Shown here in pieces: positions 1 through 11,940 of a stretch of 64,000 nucleotides of DNA. The notes under the pieces are model-generated. The model saw only the letters and a program-made list of their open reading frames with translations, was not told the DNA's origin and did no database searches. Every line of letters begins with the position of its first letter. Positions within the stretch are counted from its first letter, which is position 1. The translations under genes were made by a program, and so were the position numbers. Source of the DNA: Eledone cirrhosa (Eukaryota); the NCBI GenBank assembly GCA_964016885.1, contig OZ024742.1, forward strand, positions 311,426,001 to 311,490,000, in the 5' to 3' direction.

Positions 1-92
1 TTTTTAAGAATATTTGTTTCCTTTACTGGTTTAACAGTTCTTATGCGTTTCAAAAGTAGAATTGAGATGGAGGGTTTGTGGTTTTTCTCAAT

Positions 93-119
93 ATCATCAT
101 CATCATCATCATCATCATC
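93..119. repeat. (ATC)n microsatellite
   Basis: About 9 perfect ATC units. Confidence 0.95.
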
Positions 120-299
120 TTCGTTTAACGTCCATTTTCCACGCTACATATATATATATAAATGTAATCTGAGTTTTTTGAATATTAATAATAACATTCG
201 ATTCATTTGCAATTATGCAAACAAACCTCATTTTCAAAGCCATGTCAGTAGAATGAACTCATCATTCTTGCTCTTGTGTTGGCATGTAAACAGATATAT

Positions 300-444
300 A
301 TATCACATAAGAAACGGAGAATCAGTGGTGCGACAAATTAAAATTTATTAGACATATTACAATCGTTTCTCTAGCAACCAATTGTAATATGTCTAATTAA
401 TTTTAATTCATTGCACCACTGATTCTCCGTTTCTTATGTGATAT
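300..444. mobile_element. 145-bp near-perfect inverted repeat (MITE-like foldback)
   Basis: Arm 300-363 (ATATCACATAAGAAACGGAGAATCAGTGGTGC...TTAGACATATTACAAT) is the reverse complement of 381-444 with a few mismatches. The loop is 17 nt and there is TA on both flanks. Confidence 0.65.
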
Positions 445-1136
445 TATACTCTGCTCTGTAAGAGCATCGAGTGCTCAAACGACCTACCGCATATGGACGC
501 TTTAAGCATCCCACACCAATTATATATATATATATATTCTTTGCTTAAACTTTAATCTGTTATTTTAATGATAAATATTTGCTCTATGGTTTTTATATAT
601 TTGATATATATATTATCCTTATCGAGCTCTCTTCGGATTTTAGTCTTCACATTTATTATTATTACTATATATATATAAATATAGATATATGTACACACAC
701 AACATGACATCAATCATACATATCAACTGTAAATTTGTATTCCATATTTGTTGTCACATTATAAACATTGCAATTTGCTATGTATTTTCCTACAATAACA
801 GAGCCTTCATGTTCATGCATGATATGCAGTTAATGCATAATTAGCATGTGAGTAGAAGATAAAATCTCTGATAGACTGATGAAATCAATTATTTCATACC
901 TGACTTTTTCTAATACAAATATCATTGCTATAGAGTTACCATTCAACAAACCCTGTAACAATAAATCTCGCAAACAGCTATCTATATATAAATTTGAGCG
1001 AATTCCATCCGTCCTTCCATCACGCAATGATTGAGGAAGGAAGGAGTGATGACAAACTACAGGAAACAGTGTCTCACATGTATGTCTGTGAGTGTGTATT
1101 TTTGTAAGTGTCTGTGTTTGCATGTTTATAATAATA

Positions 1137-1507
1137 CTAGTCAGCCCCGAGCCACCATCAAAAATGATGGCTGATTGTAATATGTATACATAATATAAAA
1201 AAAGAGATGTTTGTTTGTTGGTTGCTTCATTTACGCTCACTCACACAATTGATAGACACATACAAACACACAGGTGTGACATAGATGTGTGTGTATTAGA
1301 CACCCGTTCCTTCTCAGTTGACGTAATCACCCCTTCATTCCTCAGTCGACGTAATCACCCTTTCTTTACTCAGTCGACGTAATCACCCCTTCCTTCCTCA
1401 ATAGACGTAATCACCCCTTCCTTCTTCAATTGACATAATTATCCCTTCCTTCCTCAGTCATCTCTAATGTGTGACAGATAAATACACAAGGGTATTATAT
1501 TAGTAGA
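1137..1507 (-). mobile_element. Non-autonomous Helitron (371 bp)
   Basis: On the minus strand it begins A|TCTACTAATATAA at 1507 and ends CTAG|T at 1137. A CCATCA/TGATGG hairpin (1155-1170) lies 14 nt before the CTAG. This gives 5'-TC, 3'-CTRR, a subterminal hairpin and an A|T target site, the canonical Helitron ends. Confidence 0.7.
1301..1460. repeat. 28-bp minisatellite, ~5.5 copies (GACGTAATCACCCCTTCCTTCCTCAGTC), inside the Helitron
   Basis: GACGT recurs at 1320, 1348, 1376 and 1404. Confidence 0.9.
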
Positions 1508-1597
1508 TACTAATACATGCGTCAGCATATTGAGAAAAATTCTAGTAAATGTAAATTACTGGTATGAGAAATATGATAATTAAGATAAAATAACATA

Positions 1598-2052
1598 GGC
1601 ATGGCTGGGTGGCTAAAATTCTTGCTTCACAAACTCATAGTTTCAGTTTTAATCCTACCGTGGGACATCTGGAACAAGTGTCATCTACAATAGCCTTGAT
1701 CAGACAAATGCCTTGTCAGGCAATTTGGTAGATGAAAACTATATGAAACCCAATATGTGGATACATGTGTATATGCATATGTCTGTGTGTATATGTGTAT
1801 GCATGTGTATATATGTGCATACATGTGTGTGTGTGTATGTATGTGTATATATGTGTATGTGTGTATATATATGTGTATGTATGTATGAATGTGTATGTAT
1901 GCGTATATATATATGTACATATGTGTCTATGTGCGTATATATGTGTATGTGTACGTATGTGTATATATGTGCATATATGTGTATGTGTATTTGTATCTGT
2001 CTCTTCTCTACACTATCATTAGAACAGGTGTGGTTATTTGTTGACATCCCAT
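1598..2052 (+). mobile_element. Degenerate tRNA-derived SINE with internal (TA/TG)n tract
   Basis: A-box-like TGGCTGGGTGG and decayed B-box-like GTTTTAATCC, followed by a CORE-like 'CATCTGGAACAAGTGTCATCT' segment. The layout matches an abundant octopus SINE as I recall it; not verified by search. Confidence 0.55.
1755..1995. repeat. Compound (TG/TA)n microsatellite
   Basis: Alternating purine-pyrimidine tract. Confidence 0.95.
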
Positions 2053-2070
2053 GTATGTCAACATATAGCA

Positions 2071-3318
2071 CAGGAGTCGGCAACCTTTTGGGGTGTGCAG
2101 GCCACATTGTTATGCAGTGTCTTGTTGTGGGCCACATTGCTATGCAGTGTCTCGTTGGTGGGCCACATTGCTATGCAGTGTCTCATTGGTGGACCACATA
2201 GCTATGCAGTGTCTCGTTGGTGGGCCACATTGCTATGCAGTGTCTCATCGGCAGGCCACTTAGCTATGCAGTGTCTTGTTGGCAGGCCACATTGCTATTC
2301 AGTGTCTCGTTGGTGGGCCACATAGCTATACAGTGACTCGTTGGTGGACCACATAGCTATAAAGTGTCTCGTTGGTGGACCACATTGCTATGCAGACTCT
2401 CATTGGTGGGCCACTTAGCTATGCAGTATCTTGTTGGTGGGCCACTTAGCTATGCAGTGTCTCGTCGGTGGGTCACATAGCTATGCAGTGTCTCGTTGGT
2501 GGGCCACTTAGCTATGCAGTGTCTCGTTGGTGGGCCACTTAGCTATGCAGTGTCTCGTCGGTGGGCCACTTAGCTATGCAGTGTCTCGTCGGTGGGCCAC
2601 ATAGCTATGCAGTGTCTCGTTGGTGGGCAACATTGCTATACAGTGTCTCGTTGGTGGGCCACATTGCTACGCAGTGTCGTATTGGCAGGCCACATTGCTA
2701 TGCAGTGTCTCGTTGGTGGGCCACATTGCTACGCAGTGTCGTATTGGCAGGCCACATTGCTATGCAGTGTCTCGTTGGTGGACCACATTTCTATACAGTG
2801 TCTCGTTGGTGGGCAACATTGCTATGCAGTGTCTCGTTGGTGGGCCACATTGCTATGCAGTGTCGTATTGGCAGGCCACATTGCTATGCAGTGTCTCGTT
2901 GGTGGACCACATTGCTATGCAGTCTCTCTTTGGCAGGCCATATCAAAATATAATAAATTTCCTTCACCTCAGACTGCTCTGTCCAGGAAGCTACCTTAAT
3001 CCTAGGATTTAAAGAAGAACAATGAATTTTATGTGATATTGCTTTAACGACATTCCTCACTACAAATAAAATACAGTCAGAAATGGTAAATTGTTTAATG
3101 AGATACTTGTTTTTGCCTGTTTGTTACTGTCATGGAAAACATTATGCTCAACTAAATGAATCTTGTGGCTAGACGTGTACTTTAGTCAATATTCTAATCC
3201 AAAATAATTCAGAGCATTTTTTCAGAAATAGCTTAGTCTAAGATTGAAACTTGTTGGCGGGCAAGAGAAAATATTTGCAGGCCGAATGATGCCAACGGAC
3301 TGGGAATTGCTGACCCTG
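2071..3318 (+). mobile_element. Non-autonomous hAT (Charlie/MER30-like) DNA transposon
   Basis: Left TIR CAGGAGTCGGCAA at 2071 and right TIR TTGCTGACCCTG ending at 3318 (reverse complement CAGGGTCAGCAA). The 8-bp flanks ATATAGCA (2063-2070) and GTGTAGCA (3319-3326) match 6/8 as a TSD. GGCCAC/GGCCG subterminal motifs occur at both ends. Confidence 0.7.
2097..2940. repeat. 31-bp minisatellite, ~27 copies (GGGCCACATTGCTATGCAGTGTCTCGTTGGT)
   Basis: Period 31 (unit starts at 2160, 2191, 2222). Confidence 0.95.
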
Positions 3319-6300
3319 GTGTAGCAGATTAGCAATTAAACATGGGAAGATGCATAGCTTACAGGTAAGCATTGGTGTAAAGAAGATCCTTACCTTACAG
3401 GTAAACATTGCTGTAAAGAAGATCATTATCTTACAGGTAAACATTGCTGTAAAGAAGATCATTACCTTACAGGTAAACATTGCTGTGAAGAGATCATTAC
3501 CTTACAGGTAAACATTGCTGTGAAGAGATCCTTACCTTACAGGTAAACATTGCTGTGAAGAGATCCTTACCTTACAGGTAAACATTGCTGTGAAGAGATC
3601 CTTACCTTACAGGTAAACATTGCTGTGAAGAGATCCTTACCTTACAGGTAAACATTGCTGTGAAGAGATCATTACCTTACAGGTAAACATTGCTGTGAAG
3701 AGATCCTTACCTTACAGGTAAACATTGCTGTGAAGAGATCCTTACCTTACAGGTAAACATTGCTGTGAAGAGATCATTACCTTACAGGTAAACATTGCTG
3801 TGAAGAGATCATTACCTTACAGGTAAACATTGCTGTGAAGAGATCATTACCTTACAGGTAAACATTGCTGTGGAGAAGATCATTACCTTACAGGTAAACA
3901 TTGCTGTGAAGAGATCCTTACCTTACAGGTAAACATTGCTGTGAAGAGATCATTACCTTACAGGTAAACATTGCTGTGAAGAGATCTTTACCTTACAGGT
4001 AAACATTGCTGTGAAGAGATCATTACCTTACAGGTAAACATTGGTGTGAAGAGATCCTTACCTTACAGGTAAACATTGCTGTGAAGAGATCATTACCTTA
4101 CAGGTAAACATTGCTGTGGTGAAAGATCATTACCTTACAGTTAAACATTACTGTGAAGAGATCATTACCTTACAGGTAAACATTGCTGTGAGGAGATCCT
4201 TACCTTACAGGTAAACATTGCTGTGGAGAAGATCCTTATCTTACAGGTAAACATTGCTGTGAAGAGATCATTACCTTACAGGTAAACATTGCTGTGAAGA
4301 GATCCTTACCTTACAGATAAACATTGGTGTGAAGAGATCATTGCCTTACAGCTAAACATTGCTGTGAAGAGATCTTTACCTTACAGGTAAACATTACTGT
4401 GAAGAGATCATTACCTTACAGGTAAACATTGCTGTGAGGAGATCCTTACCTTACAGGTAAACATTGCTGTGGTGAAAGATCATTACCTTACAGGTAAACA
4501 TTGCTGTGGAGAAGATCATTACCTTACAGGTAAACATTGCTGTGGTGAAAGATCATTACCTTACAGGTAAACATTGCTGTGGTGAAAGATCATTACCTTA
4601 CAGATAAACATTGCTGTGAAGAGATCTTTACCTTACAGGTAAACATTGCTGTGAAGAGATCCTTACCTTACAGGTAAACATTGCTGTGAAGATCATTACC
4701 TTACAGGTAAACATTGCTGTGGAGAAGATCCTTACCTTACAGGTAAACATTGCTGTGGAGAAGATCATTACCTTACAGGTAAACATTGCTGTGAAGAGAT
4801 CCTTACCTTACAGATAAACATTGCTGTGAAGAGATCTTTATCTTACAGGTAAACATTGGTGTGAAGAGATCCTTACCTTACAGGTAAACATTGCTGTGAA
4901 GATCATTACCTTACAGGTAAATATTGCTGTGAAGAGATCCTTACCTTACAGGCAAACATTGCTGTGAAGAGATCATTACCTTACAGGTAAACATTGCTGT
5001 GAAGAGATCATTACCTTACAGGTAAACATTGCTGAGAAGAGATCCTTACCTTCCAGGTAAACATTGGTGTGAAGAGATCCTTACCTTACAGGTAAACATT
5101 GCTGTGAAGAGATCATTACCTTACAGGTAAACATTGCTGTGGTGAAAGATCATTACCTTACAGTTAAACATTACTGTGAAGAGATCCTTACCTTACAGGT
5201 AAACATTGCTGAGAAGAGATCCTTACCTTCCAGGTAAACATTGCTGTGAAGAGATCCTTACCTTACAGGTAAACATTGCTGTGAAGAGATCATTACCTTA
5301 CAGGTAAACATTGCTGTGAAGAGATCATTAGCGTACAGGTAAACATTGCTGTGAAGAGATCCTTACCTTACAGGTAAAGATTGCTGTGAAGAGATCATTA
5401 CCTTACAGGTAAACATTGCTGTGGAGATATCCTTACCTTACAGGTAAACATTGCTGTGAAGAGATCATTACCTTACAGGTAAACATTGCTGTGAAGAGAT
5501 CATTACCTTACAGGTAAACATTGCTGTGGAGAAGATCATTACCTTACAGGTAAACATTGCTGTGGAGAGATCCTTACCTTACAGGTAAACATTGCTGTGG
5601 AGAAGATCCTTACCTTACAGGTAAACATTACTGTGAAGAGATCATTACCTTACAGGGAAACATTGCTGTGAAGAGATCTTTACCTTACAGGTAAACATTG
5701 CTGTGAAGAGATCATTACCTTACAGCTAAACATTGCTGTGAAGAGATCATTACCTTACAGGTAAACATTGCTGTGAAGAGATCATTACCTTACAGGTAAA
5801 CATTGCTGTGAAGAAGATCATTACCTTACAGGTAAACATTGCTGTGGAGAAGATCATTACCTTACAGGTAAACATTGCTGTGAAGAGATAATTACCTTAC
5901 AGGTAAACATTGCTATGAAGAAGATCATTACCTTACATGTAAATATTGCTGTGAAGAGATCATTACCTTACAGGTAAACATTGCTGTGAAGATCATTACC
6001 TTACAGGTAAACATTGCTGTGAAGAAGATCATTACCTTACAGGTAAACATTGCTGTGAAGATATCATTACCTTACAGGTAAACATTGCTGTGAGGAGATC
6101 CTTACCTTACAGGTAAACATTACTGTGAAGAGATCCTTACCTTACAGGTAAACATTGCTGTGAAGAAGATCATTACCTTACAGGTAAACATTGCTGTGAA
6201 GAAGATCATTACCTTACAGGTAAACATTGCTGTGAAGAGATCCTTACCTTACAGGTAAACATTTCTGTGAAGAAGATCATTACCTTACAGGTAAACATTG

Positions 6301-9299
6301 CTGTGAAGAGATCATTACCTTACAGGTAAACTTTACTGTGGAGAAGATCATTACCTTACAGGTAAACATTGCTGTGAAGAGATCTTTACCTTACAGGTAA
6401 ACATTGCTGTGGAGAAGATCATTACCTTACAGGTAAACATTGCTGTGAAGAGATCCTTACCTTACAGGGAAACATTGCTGTGAAGAGATCTTTACCTTAC
6501 AGGTAAACATTGCTGTGAAGAGATCCTTACCTTACAGGTAAATATTGCTGTGAAGAGATCCTTACCTTACAGATAAACATTGGTGTGAAGAAGATCATTA
6601 CCTTACAGGTAAACATTGCTGTGAATAGATCCTTACCTTACAGGTAAACATTGGTGTGAAGAGATCCTTACCTTACAGGTAAACATTGCTGTGAATAGAT
6701 CTTTACCTTACAGGTAAAGATTGCTGTGAAGAGATCATTACCTTACAGGTAAACATTGCTGTGGAGAGATCCTTACCTTACAGGTAAACATTGCTGTGAA
6801 GATCATTACCTTACAGGTAAACATTGCTGTGGAGAAGACCCTTACCTTACAGGTAAAGATTGCTGTGAAGAGATCCTTACCTTACAGGTAAACATTGCTG
6901 TGAATAGATCTTTCCCTTACAGGTAAAGATTGCTGTGAAGAGATCATTACCTTACAGGTAAACATTGCTGTGGAGAGATCCTTACCTTACAGGTAAACAT
7001 TGCTGTGAAGAGATCATTACCTTACAGGTAAACATTGCTGTGAAGAGATCATTACCTTACAGGTAAACATTGCTGTGGAGAAGATCATTACCTTACAGGT
7101 AAACATTGCTGTGGAGAGATCCTTACCTTACAGGTAAACATTGCTGTGGAGAAGATCCTTACCTTACAGGTAAACATTACTGTGAAGAGATCATTACCTT
7201 ACAGGGAAACATTGCTGTGAAGAGATCTTTACCTTACAGGTAAACATTGCTGTGAAGAGATCATTACCTTACAGCTAAACATTGCTGTGAAGAGATCATT
7301 ACCTTACAGGTAAACATTGCTGTGAAGAGATCATTACCTTACAGGTAAACATTGCTGTGAAGAGATCATTACCTTACAGCTAAACATTGCTGTGAAGAGA
7401 TCATTAGCGTACAGGTAAACATTGCTGTGAAGAGATCCTTACCTTACAGGTAAACATTGCTGTGAAGAGATCCTTACCTTACAGATAAACATTGGTGTGA
7501 AGAGATCATTACCTTACAGGTAAACATTACTGTGGAGAAGATCATTACCTTACAGGTAAACATTGCTGTGGAGAAGATCATTACCTTACAGGTAAATATT
7601 GCTGTGGAGAAGATCCTTATCTTACAGGTAAACATTGCTGTGAAGAAGATCATTACCTTACATGTAAATATTGCTGTGAAGAGATCCTTACCTTACTTAT
7701 AAACATTGCTGTGAAGAGATCTTTACCTTACAGGTAAACATTGCTGTGAAGATCATTACCTTACAGGTAAACATTGCTGTGAAGAGATCATTAACTTACA
7801 GGTAAACATTGCTGTGAAGAGATCATTACCTTACAGGTAAACATTGCTGTGAAGATCATTACCTTACAGGTAAACATTGCTGTGAAGAGATCCTTACCTT
7901 ACAGGTAAACATTGCTGTGAAGAGATCTTTACCTTACAGGTAAACATTGCTGTGGAGAGATCCTTGCCTTACAGGTAAACATCGCCGTGGAGAGATCATT
8001 ACCTTACAGGTAAACATTGCTGTGGAGAATATCCTTACCTTACAGGTAAACATTGCTATGAAGAAGATCATTACTTTACAGGTAAACATTGCTGTGAAGA
8101 ACATCATTATCTTACAGGTAAACATTGCTGTGAAGAGATCCTTAACTTACAGGTAAACATTGCTGTGAATAGATCCTTACCTTACAGGTAAACATTGCTG
8201 TGAAGAGATTCTTACCTTACAGGTAAACATGGCTGTGAAGAGATCATTACCTTACAGGTAAACATGGCTGTGAAGAAGATCATTACCTTACAGATAAACA
8301 TTGCTGTGGAGAAGATCATTACCTTACAGGTAAACATTGCTGTGAAGATCATTACCTTACAGTTAAACATTGCTGTGAAGAGATCTTTACCTTACAGGTA
8401 AACATTGCTGTGGTGAAAGATCATTACCTTACAGTTAAACATTACTGTGAAGAGATCTTTATCTTACAGGTAAACATTGCTGTGAAGAGATCATTACCTT
8501 ACAGGTAAACATTGCTGTGGAGAAGATCATTATCTTACAGGTAAACATTGCTGTGAAGAAGATCATTACTTTACAGGTAAACATTGCTGTGAAGAACATC
8601 ATTACCTTACAGGTAAACATTGATGTGAAGAGATCCTTAACTTACAGGTAAACATTGCTGTGAATAGATCCTTACCTTACAGGTAAACATTGCTGTGAAG
8701 AGATCCTTACCTTACAGGTAAACATGGCTGTGAAGAGATCATTACCTTACTGGTAAACATTGCTGTGAAGAGATCATTACCTTACAGGTAAACATTGCTG
8801 TGAAGAAGATCATTACTTTACAGGTAAACATTGCTGTGAAGAACATCATTACCTTACAGGTAAACATTGATGTGAAGAGATCCTTAACTTACAGGTAAAC
8901 ATTGCTGTGAATAGATCCTTACCTTACAGGTAAACATTGCTGTGAAGAGATCCTTACCTTACAGGTAAACATGGCTGTGAAGAGATCATTACCTTACTGG
9001 TAAACATTGCTGTGAAGAGATCATTACCTTACAGGTAAACATTGCTGTGAAGAGATCCTTACCTTACAGGTAAACTTTTCTGTGAAGAGATCATTACCTT
9101 ACAGGTAAACATTGCTGTGGAGAAGATCATTATCTTACAGGTAAACATTGCTGTGAAGAAGATCATTACTTTACAGGTAAACATTGCTGTGAAGAACATC
9201 ATTACCTTACAGGTAAACATTGCTGTGAATAGATCCTTACCTTACAGGTAAACATTGCTGTGAAGAGATCCTTACCTTACAGGTAAACATGGCTGTGAA

Positions 9300-11940
9300 G
9301 AGATCATTACCTTACTGGTAAACATTGCTGTGAAGAGATAATTACCTTACAGGTAAACATTGCTGTGAAGAGATCTTTACCTTACAGGTAAACATTGCTG
9401 TGAAGAGATCATTACCTTACAGGTAAACATTGCCATGAAGAGATCCTTACCTTACAGGTAAACTTTTCTGTGAAGAGATCATTACCTTACAGGTAAACAT
9501 TGCTGTGGAGAAGATCATTATCTTACAGGTAAACATTGCTGTGAAGAGATAATTACCTTACAGGTAAACATTGCTGTGAAGAGATCATTTACTTACAGGT
9601 AAACATTGCTGTGGAGAAGATCATTACCTTACAGGTAAACATTGCTGTGAAGAGATCCTTACCTTACAGGTAAACATTGCTGTGGAGAAGATCATTACCT
9701 TACAGGTAAACATTGCTGTGAAGAAGATCATTACCTTACAGGTAAACATTGCTGTGGAGAAGATCATTACCTTACAGGTAAACATTGCTGTGAAGAGATC
9801 ATTACCTTACAGGTAAACATTGCTATGAAGAAGATCATTACCTTACATGTAAATATTGCTGTGAAGAGATCATTACCTTACAGGTAAACATTGCTGTGAA
9901 GATCATTACCTTACAGGTAAACATTGCTGTGAAGAAGATCATTACCTTACAGGTAAACATTGCTGTGAAGAGATCATTACCTTACAGGTAAACATTGCTG
10001 TGAGGAGATCCTTACCTTACAGGTAAACATTACTGTGAAGAGATCCTTACCTTACAGGTAAACATTGCTGTGAAGAAGATCATTACCTTACAGGTAAACA
10101 TTGCTGTGAAGAGATCCTTAACTTACAGGTAAACATTGCTGTGAAGAAGATCATTACCTTACAGGTAAACATTGCTGTGAAGAGATCATTACCTTACAGG
10201 TAAACTTTACTGTGGAGAAAATCATTACCTTACAGGTAAACATTGCTGTGAAGAGATCTTTACCTTACAGGTAAACATTGCTGTGGAGAAGATCATTACC
10301 TTACAGGTAAACATTGCTGTGAAGAGATCCTTACCTTACAGGGAAACATTGCTGTGAAGAGATCTTTACCTTACAGGTAAACATTGCTGTGAAGAGATCC
10401 TTACCTTACAGGGAAACATTGCTGTGAAGAAGATCATTACCTTACAGGTAAACATTGCTGCGGAGAGATCCTTACCTTACAGGTAAATATTGCTGTGAAG
10501 AGATCCTTACCTTACAGATAAACATTGGTGTGAAGAAGATCATTACCTTACAGGTAAACATTGCTGTGAATAGATCCTTACCTTACAGGTAAACATTGGT
10601 GTGGAGAGATCCTTACCTTACAGGTAAACATTGCTGTGAAGAGATCATTACCTTACTGGTAAACATTGCTGTGAAGAGATAATTACCTTACAGGTAAACA
10701 TTGCTGTGAAGAGATCTTTACCTTACAGGTAAACATTGCTGTGAAGAGATCATTACCTTACAGGTAAACATTGCCATGAAGAGATCCTTACCTTACAGGT
10801 AAACTTTTCTGTGAAGAGATCATTACCTTACAGGTAAACATTGCTGTGGAGAAGATCATTATCTTACAGGTAAACATTGCTGTGAAGAGATAATTACCTT
10901 ACAGGTAAACATTGCTGTGAAGAGATCATTTACTTACAGGTAAACATTGCTGTGGAGAAGATCATTACCTTACAGGTAAACATTGCTGTGAAGAGATCCT
11001 TACCTTACAGGTAAACATTGCTGTGGAGAAGATCATTACCTTACAGGTAAACATTGCTGTGAAGAAGATCATTACCTTACAGGTAAACATTGCTGTGGAG
11101 AAGATCATTACCTTACAGGTAAACATTGCTGTGAAGAGATCATTACCTTACAGGTAAACATTGCTATGAAGAAGATCATTACCTTACATGTAAATATTGC
11201 TGTGAAGAGATCATTACCTTACAGGTAAACATTGCTGTGAAGATCATTACCTTACAGGTAAACATTGCTGTGAAGAAGATCATTACCTTACAGGTAAACA
11301 TTGCTGTGAAGAGATCATTACCTTACAGGTAAACATTGCTGTGAGGAGATCCTTACCTTACAGGTAAACATTACTGTGAAGAGATCCTTACCTTACAGGT
11401 AAACATTGCTGTGAAGAAGATCATTACCTTACAGGTAAACATTGCTGTGAAGAGATCCTTAACTTACAGGTAAACATTGCTGTGAAGAAGATCATTACCT
11501 TACAGGTAAACATTGCTGTGAAGAGATCATTACCTTACAGGTAAACTTTACTGTGGAGAAAATCATTACCTTACAGGTAAACATTGCTGTGAAGAGATCT
11601 TTACCTTACAGGTAAACATTGCTGTGGAGAAGATCATTACCTTACAGGTAAACATTGCTGTGAAGAGATCCTTACCTTACAGGGAAACATTGCTGTGAAG
11701 AGATCTTTACCTTACAGGTAAACATTGCTGTGAAGAGATCCTTACCTTACAGCGAAACATTGCTGTGAAGAAGATCATTACCTTACAGGTAAACATTGCT
11801 GCGGAGAGATCCTTACCTTACAGGTAAATATTGCTGTGAAGAGATCCTTACCTTACAGATAAACATTGGTGTGAAGAAGATCATTACCTTACAGGTAAAC
11901 ATTGCTGTGAATAGATCCTTACCTTACAGGTAAACATTGG
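9300..11940. repeat. Higher-order tandem duplication, period 1,341 bp
   Basis: Rare variants recur at +1341 (CTTACTGG 9311/10652; GCGGAGAG 10460/11801). Boundaries are approximate. Confidence 0.8.

Noticed and set aside
1681-3012. Overlapping ORFs in several frames
   Set aside because: Products of the TG/TA microsatellite and the 31-bp minisatellite.
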